The position numbers and the translations under genes were made by a program. A stretch of DNA of 63,741 nucleotides, the filler included, from Chthonomonadaceae bacterium (GTDB lineage Bacteria; Armatimonadota; Chthonomonadetes; Chthonomonadales; Chthonomonadaceae): assembly GCA_035650735.1 (NCBI GenBank). It is 4 parts of 4 records of this genome, joined end to end, with 100 filler letters (N's around TTAATTAATTAA, not from the genome) between each part and the next. Parts side by side here need not be neighbours in the genome. Positions count along the whole stretch, not along the records: positions 13,775 to 30,569 come from DASRGZ010000009.1; 3 more parts are not named here. One strand, written 5' to 3'. The notes under the pieces were generated by a model. The model saw only the letters and a list, made by a program, of their open reading frames with translations, had not been told where the DNA came from and did not search any database. Within the stretch, counting starts at the first letter, position 1; the number at the start of each line of letters is the position of its first letter. Positions 19,338-28,947 of the stretch are shown one piece after another.

Positions 19338-19586
19338 ATGGATACTCAAAACGCCGCCAATGCGCCTGCCACGCAGCCGCTGGATCAATGGTTCCTGGAC
19401 TTGCTGGCCTGTCCGGCCTGTGAGCAGCACTGGCCGCTGCACCTGAACGAGAAACAGGATATGCTGATCTGCGCGTGTGGCCGTCACGGCTTTCCTATCC
19501 GGGACGGCATTCCGATCCTGCTGGTAGACGAGGCCGTTATTCTGGATGAGAACGCGCGCCCTGAAGATGTGCAGGCTAAGGCATAG
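19338..19586 (+). CDS. Trm112 family protein
   Basis: LDLLACPAC...C.CGRHGFPIRDGIPILLVDEA; RBS AAGGAG. Confidence 0.88.
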   Translation: MDTQNAANAPATQPLDQWFLDLLACPACEQHWPLHLNEKQDMLICACGRHGFPIRDGIPILLVDEAVILDENARPEDVQAKA

Positions 19587-19603
19587 CGCGCCTGGAGAAG
19601 ACC

Positions 19604-20050
19604 GTGATTAAAGTTTCGCTGATTCATGGCCCCAACCTCAATCTGCTCGGCAAGCGCGAGCCGGAATTCTATGGACAGGATTCCTTCGATGAACTCAACC
19701 GCAAGATCAAGCAGCGCGCTCAGCAGATAGACATCGAGGTGCGCATCCTGCAATCCAACCATGAAGGCGAAATCATAGATGCGCTTCACGAGGCGCGCGA
19801 TTGGGCGGATGCTCTTATCATTAATCCGGGGGCCTTCACGCACTACAGCTACGCGATTCGGGACGCCATCACCGCCGTGCGCCTGCCCGCGATTGAGGTC
19901 CACATATCGAACGTCCATGCGCGCGAGGAGTTTCGGCGGCATTCGGTGATCGCGCCCGTGGTGATCGGCCAAATCGTGGGGCTAGGCACGTTCGGCTACC
20001 TGCTGGCGCTGGACGCCGTGAAGAACCTGGTCGAGCAGAGCCGCCGCTGA
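19604..20050 (+). CDS. aroQ: Type II 3-dehydroquinate dehydratase
   Basis: HGPNLNLLGKREPEFYG, QSNHEG, INPGAFTHYS, EVHISNVHARE. Confidence 0.97.
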   Translation: MIKVSLIHGPNLNLLGKREPEFYGQDSFDELNRKIKQRAQQIDIEVRILQSNHEGEIIDALHEARDWADALIINPGAFTHYSYAIRDAITAVRLPAIEVHISNVHAREEFRRHSVIAPVVIGQIVGLGTFGYLLALDAVKNLVEQSRR

Positions 20051-20063
20051 TAGGCACAGAGCA

Positions 20064-21125
20064 ATGAGCAAGCAAGAAACCAGATTGGCGAAGCGGTGCG
20101 CTGCGTCGGATTCGATCAGGAACACCAAGCCGGGCCTTTACGGTCGCTGCGCGCTGGCGAGCATTCTGCTGGGCATTTGCCTGCTGGCGGCACAGGGCGC
20201 AACACCCCAGACGCCATCCCAACTGCCGCTGCAGCGCAGCCCTATGCCCCTTCCAAAAGAGATAACCCTGCCCGCGTCGCTGCACTTTACCCTCTGGAAC
20301 GGCCTCATGGTCGTGCAGGGGATGGTCAATGGGCCGGGGATCGAGCGCTTTGTCATTGATACCGGGTTGAACGCCTGCGCGCTCTCGCTGCAAGGCTTCA
20401 AGCGCCATGACGTGAAGCTGTTGCCGCAACGGGTGCGGGCGCAGGCGCTGGATAATCTACTGGATGCGCCGGAGGGCCAGATCGACTCGCTGCAATTGGG
20501 CGGGCTGAAGCTGGCCAATGTGCGTGTAGCGCAGGCGGATGTGTTTGCTGCCCTCTCGCGCTCCTTTCGGCCCGATGCCCCCGCCGGCTGGCTGGGCGCT
20601 CCATTTCTCTCCGCCTTTCAGATCACCGTTGACTTTAGCGCCCGAACCCTTCAGCTTGAGTCGCCGGAGGCCAAGCTGCCCGCGCCGCACGGCGCCGTTG
20701 TCCTGCCGATAGTGGTGCGGGAGGGGCAAGTCTGGGTGAAGGTCGCGGTGCCTGGCGCGAAGCCGTTTCTGGCCCTGGTGGATACCGGCGCGCGCGGCAC
20801 GCTGATTCCCACCGAGGTCGCCGCGAAGCTGAAGCTCAAGCCCCAACAGGTCTTCACGCTGGCGCGCGCGACCGGGCAGGAAGCCAAAGCCGGGCTGATC
20901 GTGCTGCCCCGGCTGAGCGCCGGCCGGGCAGAAGTGAAGGAGCTGCCCGTCGTCTTTCTCGCGGCAGATGCGCCGCCCGAATTCGACCGGAACCTGGCCG
21001 TGCTGGGCCTGGATTTCCTCAGCCGCTTTAAAATCACCCTCAACTACGCCAAGCAGAAAATGGTCCTCGCGCCACTGCCTCCGCCTGCCTCCGACGAGTC
21101 GGACGAACCGACCGCCTTGCAGTAG
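20064..21125 (+). CDS. Secreted two-domain retropepsin-like aspartyl protease
   Basis: Two DTG motifs (FVIDTG, ALVDTG), WLGAPFL and LGLDFL; signal-like hydrophobic stretch. Confidence 0.85.
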   Translation: MSKQETRLAKRCAASDSIRNTKPGLYGRCALASILLGICLLAAQGATPQTPSQLPLQRSPMPLPKEITLPASLHFTLWNGLMVVQGMVNGPGIERFVIDTGLNACALSLQGFKRHDVKLLPQRVRAQALDNLLDAPEGQIDSLQLGGLKLANVRVAQADVFAALSRSFRPDAPAGWLGAPFLSAFQITVDFSARTLQLESPEAKLPAPHGAVVLPIVVREGQVWVKVAVPGAKPFLALVDTGARGTLIPTEVAAKLKLKPQQVFTLARATGQEAKAGLIVLPRLSAGRAEVKELPVVFLAADAPPEFDRNLAVLGLDFLSRFKITLNYAKQKMVLAPLPPPASDESDEPTALQ

Positions 21126-21234
21126 CCAGGGCAACCCCTTTTCTCTCTCATGAGCGACTTGCTCGCCTGATATGACGAGCAGGAACGTTCTCTCAGGCGT
21201 TTGCCCTGCCGCCCGTGACTTCTCCCCTACGCTA

Positions 21235-21243
21235 TGGTATAAT
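21235..21243 (+). promoter_or_regulatory. Extended -10 element upstream of the ccm operon
   Basis: TGGTATAAT (TGn-TATAAT). Confidence 0.45.
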
Positions 21244-21266
21244 CTGCTAGAAGCTTTCCGCGAACG

Positions 21267-22058
21267 GTGAGTGAAAACACGCAACTTCGGGCGCGTGACC
21301 GTGTCGAAACCAGCGGCAACGCCGACGCGCACAAGCCCATCACGCACAGGCGGGGCCGCGCCGTGGGCATCGTCAACACAGCACAGGAGAAAGAACGCAA
21401 TAGCGGGCCGTGCCTTGCGCCGGGGGCCGTTTCGGTGGAACTGGCCGGGGTGGGGCATCGGTTTGGTGCGCGCGCTGTCTTTAAGGACATCCACGCGCGG
21501 GTGGAGGCCGGGCAGACGCTGGTGATCACCGGGCGCAACGGCTCCGGCAAAAGCACGCTGCTGCGCATCCTCGCCGGCCTGCTGCCTCCCGCAGCTGGAA
21601 CGGTCACGGTGCAGGTGGACGGCGAGACGCTCGATCCGGTCGCGCGCCGCCGCGCCCTCGGCTACGTGGCGCCCGACCTGACGCTCTACCGCGAGTTGAC
21701 CGCTGCGGAGAACCTGCAGTTTTTCGCGCGGCTGCGGGGCATTCACCTGACCCGTGAGGATCTGATCGCCGCCCTGACCGAAGTGGGGCTGCGCGGGCGC
21801 GGGCGCGATCTGGTGGGGGCCTACTCCTCGGGGATGCGGCAGCGGCTCAAATACGCTTTTGCGCTGCTTACCCGCCCGCCGATCCTGCTGCTGGACGAGC
21901 CGACTGCCAACCTGGACGTGGACGGCATCGCGATGGTGGAGCGAATCCTGGCGGCGCAGCGCGAGCGGCCCGGCGGCGGACTGGCGGTCATAGCGACCAA
22001 CGAGCCGCGCGAGGTGGAATGGGGCGATACGTGGATACGGTTGGGAGCCGAGGGGTAA
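21267..22058 (+). CDS. ccmA: Heme ABC exporter ATP-binding protein CcmA (start uncertain)
   Basis: GRNGSGKST, YSSGMRQR, LLLDEP; first gene of the ccm cluster. Confidence 0.88.
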   Translation: MSENTQLRARDRVETSGNADAHKPITHRRGRAVGIVNTAQEKERNSGPCLAPGAVSVELAGVGHRFGARAVFKDIHARVEAGQTLVITGRNGSGKSTLLRILAGLLPPAAGTVTVQVDGETLDPVARRRALGYVAPDLTLYRELTAAENLQFFARLRGIHLTREDLIAALTEVGLRGRGRDLVGAYSSGMRQRLKYAFALLTRPPILLLDEPTANLDVDGIAMVERILAAQRERPGGGLAVIATNEPREVEWGDTWIRLGAEG

Positions 22059-22075
22059 GCGCGCCGGCGCGGGCG

Positions 22076-22807
22076 ATGGCCTCTGGCGGCAGCGGATGGC
22101 TTGCCGAGGCGTGGGCGCTCCTGCTTAAAGACCTGCGCGCCGAGCTGCGGACCAAAGTGGCCCTCAGCACGGTCGGCCTGTTCACCTTCTCGTCGCTTTT
22201 GCTGCTCAGCCTGGCGACCGCGACCCTCAAAGAGAAGCTGGCGCTAGACCCGCTGACCAACCAGATGCGCCCGGCCTGGGATGCGGCAGGCAAGATGGGC
22301 CTGCTATGGCTGTTGCTCTGTTTCGCGGCGTTTTCCGGCCTGTCGCACGCGTTCGTGCACGAAGAGGAGACGGGGACGGTGATGGCCCTGCGGCTCTCGA
22401 TGTCGGCGGGGGCGGTCTACGCGGGCAAGCTGGCCTTCAATCTCCTGATACTTTTTGCAGTTGCCCTGGTCGTTACGCCGGTATTTATGCTCATTACGGG
22501 AATGCCGCTGGGCGCTCCCATCGTATTCTTGATAGTGATGGTCAGCGGATGCGTCGGGCTGGCGGGCGCGGCTACCATCGTGGGGGCGCTGGCAGCTAAG
22601 GCGCGCGGGTCCGGCGCACTCTATCCGGCCATTGGCCTGCCGCTGCTCGTCGTCTTTCTGCTTTTGTTGCTGAACGCCGCCAATACAACTTTTATCGTTC
22701 ATCCGCCGGCGCTGCGCCTGGTGCGTGACATCGGCGGGCTATTGAGTTACGGTATCCTGCTCATTACCGTCTCCGCCCTGACGTTTAGCTTTGTCTGGGA
22801 AGATTAG
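22076..22807 (+). CDS. ccmB: Heme exporter protein CcmB
   Basis: LLKDLRAELRTK, FVHEEETGT, YAGKLAFN; multiple TM helices. Confidence 0.9.
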   Translation: MASGGSGWLAEAWALLLKDLRAELRTKVALSTVGLFTFSSLLLLSLATATLKEKLALDPLTNQMRPAWDAAGKMGLLWLLLCFAAFSGLSHAFVHEEETGTVMALRLSMSAGAVYAGKLAFNLLILFAVALVVTPVFMLITGMPLGAPIVFLIVMVSGCVGLAGAATIVGALAAKARGSGALYPAIGLPLLVVFLLLLLNAANTTFIVHPPALRLVRDIGGLLSYGILLITVSALTFSFVWED

Positions 22808-22901
22808 ACAGCGCCTCCGTTTTTCTGTAAGAGAATGCCTCCGGCTCTCTCGAAAGCTGGATTTTACAGAAACAGAAGACGTTGTCGGAAGATTGATCTA
22901 A

Positions 22902-23663
22902 ATGGCAGCCACCCAAACCCGACCTCCCGCGCCGAAGATGCCGGAACCGCCGCCTTCCCGCCATACGCCCGTGCCTCCCCTGCGAGGCGCGTGGTGGAAG
23001 TGGGGCCTCGGCGCGCTGATGGCTTACGTCATCTATGGGGCCTTCTTTATCGCCAAAGGTGCCGTCAACTTCACGGAGGACGGCAACACGGCGCGCATCG
23101 TCTTCTTTCACGTTCCCTGCGCCATCCTCTCCTACGTCGCCTACGCCGTCGCCGCCGTCTATGCCATCCTCTACCTGACGCGCGACCGCAACCTGCAAAC
23201 CGATGCCAAGTCGGCGACCGGGATGGAACTGGGCTTCCTGTTCTGTATCCTGGCGACGATCACCGGCAGCCTGTTTGCGGGGGTGATGTGGGGCAGCTAT
23301 TGGAACTGGGACCCGCGCGAGACCTCTATTATCGTCATGCTGCTGCTCTACGCCTCGTATCTGGTGCTGCGGGGCGCGGTGAGCGAGCAGCCGGAGAAAC
23401 GGGCACGGCTTGCCGCCGTCTATACGCTGGTGGCGCTGATTCCGGCCACGTTCCTGATCTGGGTGGTGCCGCGCCTGCCCTGGTTGCAGAGCCTGCATCC
23501 GACGACTACGCTGGTGCGGCCCGCCAACACCAGTCTGTCCTACAAGGCGGTGCTGTATCCGTCGTTCCTGGCGTTTACCCTATTGTTCGTGTGGATGTTC
23601 CAATTGCGCTACCGGCTGCTCCAGTTGATGGCGCGGAAGGCGGGAAGACTAGAGAATGAGTAG
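22902..23663 (+). CDS. ccmC: Heme exporter/chaperone CcmC
   Basis: RIVFFHVP, WGSYWNWDPRET (WWD domain), SLHP. Confidence 0.93.
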   Translation: MAATQTRPPAPKMPEPPPSRHTPVPPLRGAWWKWGLGALMAYVIYGAFFIAKGAVNFTEDGNTARIVFFHVPCAILSYVAYAVAAVYAILYLTRDRNLQTDAKSATGMELGFLFCILATITGSLFAGVMWGSYWNWDPRETSIIVMLLLYASYLVLRGAVSEQPEKRARLAAVYTLVALIPATFLIWVVPRLPWLQSLHPTTTLVRPANTSLSYKAVLYPSFLAFTLLFVWMFQLRYRLLQLMARKAGRLENE

Positions 23664-23787
23664 CAAGCAGCTTATCGTAATGATGGTGCCGCTGATCGTC
23701 TGGTGCGGCATTTTCGCCTATCTTCTGTTTATTGATCGGTCTTTGCGCCGCCTGGAGCGCGACGACAGGGAGCAGGATCAACTGTGA
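23656..23787 (+). CDS. ccmD: CcmD family small membrane protein, 43 aa (absent from the ORF track)
   Basis: MSSKQLIVMMVPLIVWCGIFAYLLFIDRSLRRLERDDREQDQL; overlaps the ccmC stop and ccmE start. Confidence 0.85.
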   Translation: MSSKQLIVMMVPLIVWCGIFAYLLFIDRSLRRLERDDREQDQL

Positions 23788-24188
23788 AAAAAGCCTATTG
23801 GATAGCGATAGTAATTATCGCGGTGGCAATGGGGTTCACGCTGTGGGCCTTCAGCAGCAGCATGACCCCGTATGTGGATATCGCGACCGCCCGCCGCATG
23901 GGCACGCCCGTGCAGGTGCGCGGCAAAATCCTGCACGAGACCGCCTACTACGACCCGGCGCAGGGCGCGCTGCGGTTTCAGATCCAGGACGTCAACGGCG
24001 AGCGGATTGAGGTCGTCTATCACGGGGCCAAGCCCGACGCCTTCGACACGGCCCCGGAGACAGCGGCGCATGGCGTCGTACGCGGCAACACGCTCCAGTC
24101 GGATAGCCTGGTGGTCAAGTGTCCCTCCAAGTACGACGACCAGAAGGGGCCGTATAAGCGCGCCGTCGCGCCCGGAGGAAGCAGTTAA
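23784..24188 (+). CDS. ccmE: Heme chaperone CcmE, CxxxY variant
   Basis: N-terminal TM, VQVRG, VVYHGAKPDAF, VKCPSKY. Confidence 0.92.
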   Translation: MKKAYWIAIVIIAVAMGFTLWAFSSSMTPYVDIATARRMGTPVQVRGKILHETAYYDPAQGALRFQIQDVNGERIEVVYHGAKPDAFDTAPETAAHGVVRGNTLQSDSLVVKCPSKYDDQKGPYKRAVAPGGSS

Positions 24189-26887
24189 TGGGATTTGGAT
24201 TGGTGGGCGTGGTCCTGCTGGCGGTGGCCCTGGGCTTTGCCGTGCTGACGATGATCGCCTACGGCGTGGCCCTGGCGCGGCCCCAATCGCGCAAGGCGCT
24301 CCTATTGGGGCGGGCCTGCTATAGCGTGACGGCCCTGGGCGTGCTGGCGACCTTCGGCGTGCTGGCGGCCCTCGTCTACACGAAGCAGTATCAGTATAAG
24401 TACGTGTGGGAGTACACCAGCAACGACCTGCACGCCTGGTATCGCTTTGCCGCGACCTGGGCAGGCCAGGAGGGCAGCTTCCTGCTCTGGAGCACCTGGA
24501 CCGCCCTGATCGGCTTCCTGGTGTTTGCGAAGGCGGGCCGCTACGAAGCGCGCGTCATGCCCTTCTACGTGTCGGTGCTGGCCTTCCTGTGCGCCATTCT
24601 GCTCAAGCAGTCGCCTTTCCACCTGATCCCGGCCCCGACGCACGCCGAACTGCTGGCCAATCCCGACTGGCACTACCCGCCGCTGGATGGGCGCGGCCTG
24701 AACCCCTCGCTGCAAAACTACTGGATGACCATCCATCCGCCGACCATCTTCTTCGGGTTCGCCTCGCTTGCCGTGCCGTTCTGCTACGCCGTCGCCGCCC
24801 TGGTCTGGAAGGACTATGACGGCTGGGCGCCGCGCATCATGCCCTATGCCCTGCTCTCCTGCGCCACGCTGGGCCTGGGCCTGTTCATGGGCGGCTACTG
24901 GGCCTATGAGACCCAGGGCTGGCACGGCTTCTGGGCCTGGGATCCGGTCGAGAACGCCTCGTTCTTCCCCTGGCTGGCGATCACGGCGCTGGTGCATGGG
25001 CTGGTGGTGCAGAAGAGCCGGGGCGGCATGGCGCGCAGCAACACCTTCCTGGGCGTCCTGGCCTTCGCGCTGTTTTTGCTCGGCACGTTCCTGACGCGCT
25101 CCGGCGCGCTGGCCTCGAAAGGCGCGGACGGCCAACTGCTCTCTGTCCATGCCTTCGACAACATCAGCAAGAGCGGCCTGATCCTGATGACGGCGATGCT
25201 GGCCCTCTACGGCGGGGGCGGGCTGCTGCTCTGGCTGGCGCGCGTCTGGAAGATGCCCCATCGCAAATCAGTGGGGGAGACGCTGCTTTCGCGCGATTTC
25301 GCCTTCTTTGTGGCCGTGCTGCTAATGCTGCTGGCCTGCGCGGTGGTGACGCTGGGCACGACGCGCCCGCTGTATCTAAGCTGGCTGCACCGCCCGCCGG
25401 ACGCGCCCAAGGCCGCCTTCTATAACAAGACGATGCTGCCGCTGGCGCTGATCGCGGCGCTGGCGATGGGCGTGGTGCCCTGGCTGGCCTGGCGCAAGAC
25501 GAACCCGGACACCTTCCTCAAGAAGTTGATCGTCCCCTGGTTCGGCATGATCGCCTTCGGCTTCTTTATGGTAGTCTGGGTGCTGGGCGCGGAACGGGCG
25601 CTGGCCGCCTCGATGGACCCGAACTCCGTGGAGAGCCTGGAGACGCTGCACGCCTGGATCAGCCCGACGGTGCAGCGTCTGGCGGTCGTCTCGCTCTCCT
25701 CGCTGGGCTTTCTGGCGGCGCTCTCGAACGCGATGCTGGCCTACCGGGTGTTTCGGGCCAAGCCGCTCTCGGCGGGCGGCTGGCTGGCGCACGTGGGCAT
25801 CGGCCTGCTGATGGTGGGCGTGATCGTCTCCAACACCTACGAGCGCACGGAGCGCATTCTGCTGGAAGAGGGCCAGCCGCCGGTCACCAAGTTCGGCTAT
25901 AAGTTCTCCTTTGAGGGCATGACCGGCAAGGCGCCGCAGTCGTTTCCGCTCAACCCCGATTTTGACCGCAACAACGCCATCAAAATCCGCGTGACGCCGC
26001 CGGGCGTGGACGAGAACGCCGGGCGGGACCGTTCCCCGGACGACGGCACGCCCAAGACCTTTGTCATCCAGCCGCGCTGGTTCGTCCATAACCTGAATAC
26101 GGCGGAGAGCGAGGCCGATCTGGAGCGAATGCGCTGGCCGGCCATCACCAAATATCTCGGCCACGACCTCTACGTCGGGCTGGCTGCTGACGCGCAGCGC
26201 AGTTGGCCGACCGATGCGGGCCGCGAGGAGCCGGGCATCGTGATCCGGCCCAAAGAGGAGCGCCAGATCGGTCCCTACAAGATCAAGTACCTCGACTCCA
26301 CGGTCCAGCCGCAGCGGGCGTTCGTGGTCTATCTGGGAATAGAGACATCGGAGGGCAAGCGGTTCATCGCCTCGCCGGCCCTCCTCATGAACGGGGGCGG
26401 GATGACCTCGGCGCACATCGCCGTGCCGCAGGTGACCGACGAGAACGGAATGCCAGGAGCCATCTACCTGGATCGCCTGGAGCCGGGGACGCGCGTGGCG
26501 ACGCTGCGCATCAATCTGCCGGGCCTTTCCGGCCACTGGGCCATCCCGCTGGAGGTGACCTATAAGCCCTGGATCAACGTGGTCTGGCTGGGGGTGCTGA
26601 TCGCGGTGGCGGGAACGCTGCTGGCGATGGTGCGCCGCGCCCTGGAGGCGCGCAGGGTGCCCGACCTGCCCAACCTGGAACACGCGCCAGGCATGAAGGA
26701 GCCGATTGCGGTGCCTGAGCGCGAGGTCTGGGAGATACCCGCTGCCGATGAGGAGGCTGCCGTCGGCGCGGGCGTTGCCGCCGTCACGGCCCTCACGACC
26801 AAGAACGGCAAGCATGGCGCGGCGCGCAATGGGAACGGCAAAGGCAAGCCTACCGCCAGGTCGGGCGGTCCGAAAGCCAAATCCTGA
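24188..26887 (+). CDS. ccmF: Cytochrome c heme lyase CcmF
   Basis: WAGQEGSFLLW, GLNPSLQNYWMTIHPP, WAWDPVENAS, GTFLTRSG, SVHAF, YKPWINVVWLG. Confidence 0.95.
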   Translation: MGFGLVGVVLLAVALGFAVLTMIAYGVALARPQSRKALLLGRACYSVTALGVLATFGVLAALVYTKQYQYKYVWEYTSNDLHAWYRFAATWAGQEGSFLLWSTWTALIGFLVFAKAGRYEARVMPFYVSVLAFLCAILLKQSPFHLIPAPTHAELLANPDWHYPPLDGRGLNPSLQNYWMTIHPPTIFFGFASLAVPFCYAVAALVWKDYDGWAPRIMPYALLSCATLGLGLFMGGYWAYETQGWHGFWAWDPVENASFFPWLAITALVHGLVVQKSRGGMARSNTFLGVLAFALFLLGTFLTRSGALASKGADGQLLSVHAFDNISKSGLILMTAMLALYGGGGLLLWLARVWKMPHRKSVGETLLSRDFAFFVAVLLMLLACAVVTLGTTRPLYLSWLHRPPDAPKAAFYNKTMLPLALIAALAMGVVPWLAWRKTNPDTFLKKLIVPWFGMIAFGFFMVVWVLGAERALAASMDPNSVESLETLHAWISPTVQRLAVVSLSSLGFLAALSNAMLAYRVFRAKPLSAGGWLAHVGIGLLMVGVIVSNTYERTERILLEEGQPPVTKFGYKFSFEGMTGKAPQSFPLNPDFDRNNAIKIRVTPPGVDENAGRDRSPDDGTPKTFVIQPRWFVHNLNTAESEADLERMRWPAITKYLGHDLYVGLAADAQRSWPTDAGREEPGIVIRPKEERQIGPYKIKYLDSTVQPQRAFVVYLGIETSEGKRFIASPALLMNGGGMTSAHIAVPQVTDENGMPGAIYLDRLEPGTRVATLRINLPGLSGHWAIPLEVTYKPWINVVWLGVLIAVAGTLLAMVRRALEARRVPDLPNLEHAPGMKEPIAVPEREVWEIPAADEEAAVGAGVAAVTALTTKNGKHGAARNGNGKGKPTARSGGPKAKS

Positions 26888-26894
26888 TCGCTAC

Positions 26895-27265
26895 AGCGGC
26901 AGGCTAAACCCTGCCGCTGTGGAGTCTACGGCCTGCTGATTGCAAGGGTCGGGGCTACAACGGACTGCAAGCTCCCCTTCCAGCGCCAGCGAAGGAGGGA
27001 GGACGAAGCTGATTGCAAGGGTCGGGGCTACCATGGTTCGGCCCACTGCCAGGGTCGGCAGGGTTACGGCCCTTGCCTCCGCCTTGCGACACCTTGCGAC
27101 ACGGCTCTGCCTTGCCACACCCCTCCGCCTGGCGATGCCTTTGCAGGCAGAATATTATCGCCCACGCAGGTGGGCGACGGGCGCTTTGCGCCCCCGAGCG
27201 GCAGGCTAAACCCTGTCGCTTTAGGTTCGGCCCTCCGCCTAGCTATACCTACGCGGGCAGGTTGC
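26895..27265. repeat. REP-like family B cluster
   Basis: CGGCAGGCTAAACCCTGCCGCTG and CTGCCAGGGTCGG... units. A roughly 125-bp block recurs inverted at about 47987-48111; related units at about 30430-30569 and 52422-52562. Confidence 0.8.
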
Positions 27266-28087
27266 CTACGGTTTGCGCCCCAGCGCGAATATCCCCGGCC
27301 AATCTATCCAAATGCCCTGGTCGGTGGCGGAGGCCGCCATCGCTGCAAGGTATTCTGCCTTGAACTGCTCAAGGGCCTGAGGAGGGAGATATTGCAGAGG
27401 GATACGCGCGCCCGTGTTCCATACCAGGTCCCAGCACTGCTCGGCCTGCGGGAGGTAATAACCCAGTTGCTCGGCATGGACGGCAATTTCCTCAAACCCC
27501 GTCTCTCGCAGCAAATCACCGCACTTCTCCGGGGTATTAACCCGTTGCAATGGCATGACCGGAGGAAGCGGAATGCCGTACTTCTGGAGAAGATTGTAGT
27601 ATAATCTGTCCTTTCCCGTTCCGAGGCTGGAAAAGGCCACGCGCCCGCCCGGCTTGAGCACACGCCGCCACTCTTGCACAGCCGTCTGTATATCCGGCAG
27701 CGTATAGATGGCCGAAGCGCAGATCACCGCATCGAAGCGGTTGTCGCCGAAAGGCGGCGCGGCGGCATCTCCCTCCTGAATCTCCACATTGCTCAGACCC
27801 ATTGCCTGGATTTTTTGCCGGGCTACCTCGCGCATATCTGCGGCTATTTCAATCCCGATCACCTGTCCTGCCGGCTCAACGACACGGGCCGCAGCGAGAG
27901 CCGCATTGCCGGTTCCTGCCCCCACATCCAGTACCTTCTGGCCGCTTTGTAGCTCGGCTAGCTCGACGAGGCGGTCTGCGCCGGTAACAAAGGCACGCAG
28001 AGAGGGACTATCGTACCCGGAGGCAGCCTGGTTGAAGCCGGATGCGACCCGTTGCTTGTATTCGCGCTCTATGTTGGGATCCCTCAT
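27266..28087 (-). CDS. Class I SAM-dependent methyltransferase (UbiE-like)
   Basis: VLDVGAGTG, FDAVIC, RVLKPGG; ATG overlaps the upstream stop. Confidence 0.9.
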   Translation of the reverse strand: MRDPNIEREYKQRVASGFNQAASGYDSPSLRAFVTGADRLVELAELQSGQKVLDVGAGTGNAALAAARVVEPAGQVIGIEIAADMREVARQKIQAMGLSNVEIQEGDAAAPPFGDNRFDAVICASAIYTLPDIQTAVQEWRRVLKPGGRVAFSSLGTGKDRLYYNLLQKYGIPLPPVMPLQRVNTPEKCGDLLRETGFEEIAVHAEQLGYYLPQAEQCWDLVWNTGARIPLQYLPPQALEQFKAEYLAAMAASATDQGIWIDWPGIFALGRKP

Positions 28088-28638
28088 AATCCAAGCTCCG
28101 GTGCGATGGACTGCATGGCGGCGATGCAGTTGGCAATATGCTCCTCCAACGGCACGCCCAACTCCTGCGCGCCTTGCAGAATATCCTCCCGGTTGATCCC
28201 CCGCGCAAAGCCGCTCTGCCGCATCTTTTTCAGCACGGAGCCTACCTCTACTTCCGCCAGCGAGCGCGACGGGCGCGTATAGGCTACGGCGGTGATGAGG
28301 CCGCAAAGCTCGTCCACGGCAAACAGCGTTTTATCCAACAGGCTCTCGCGCGGAATATAGAGATACTGTGCGTGCCCTCCGATGGCGTGAATGAGCGGTT
28401 CCGGCCAGCCCTGCTCGCGCAGCAGGCTCATGCCGACGGTGGGGTGATGGGGCGGCTCCGGATTGCGCTCATAGTCAAAATCATGCAGGAGGCCGGTGTT
28501 GCCCCAGAGCTCCGCATCTTCCCCGAATTTGCGGGCGTAGAAGCGCATGGCCGCTTCGACCGCCAGCGCATGTTTGCGCAGGCTCTCGCTCTGTGTCCAC
28601 TCCGTCAGCAGTTGCCAGGCATCGGCGCGTGTCTTCAT
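28084..28638 (-). CDS. HD-domain phosphohydrolase
   Basis: LRKHALAVEAAM, GLLHDFDYE, LFAVDELCG. Confidence 0.9.
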   Translation of the reverse strand: MKTRADAWQLLTEWTQSESLRKHALAVEAAMRFYARKFGEDAELWGNTGLLHDFDYERNPEPPHHPTVGMSLLREQGWPEPLIHAIGGHAQYLYIPRESLLDKTLFAVDELCGLITAVAYTRPSRSLAEVEVGSVLKKMRQSGFARGINREDILQGAQELGVPLEEHIANCIAAMQSIAPELGL

Positions 28639-28668
28639 CCTTAAGTTCTAACTCCTTCCCTGAAATTC

Positions 28669-28750
28669 GGTAGACACTCCCAGCCGTATTGATCAATCTC
28701 ACGCAGCCTGCTGCTGAGGAGATACGTCAACACCGTTGGGAGCGATTACC
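28669..28750. mobile_element. 82-bp MITE, copy 2
   Basis: 8-bp TSD TGAAATTC (28661-28668, 28751-28758); reverse complement of 16713-16794 with 2 mismatches. Confidence 0.9.
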
Positions 28751-28947
28751 TGAAATTCCACTTGAAGCAACAAAACGGTACCGGTCGTTTCCACATTCGG
28801 CGCCGATCTCCTTCCCTTTCGGCGGTTCGCTAAGATCCTTCCGTTTTTATGGCTACCTGGTGCGGCTTCCTGGCTGTATAAAGACAAACAGGAGTCCTCC
28901 CGAATTGGGGTGACTCCTGTTTGCAGGTTCCCTAGCACAGATAGGGG

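Noticed and set aside
26891..27209. ORFs sharing the peptide ARVGRVTALASALRHLATRLCLATPLRLA with ORFs at 47794-48090
   Set aside because: Translation of REP family B DNA, not a protein family.
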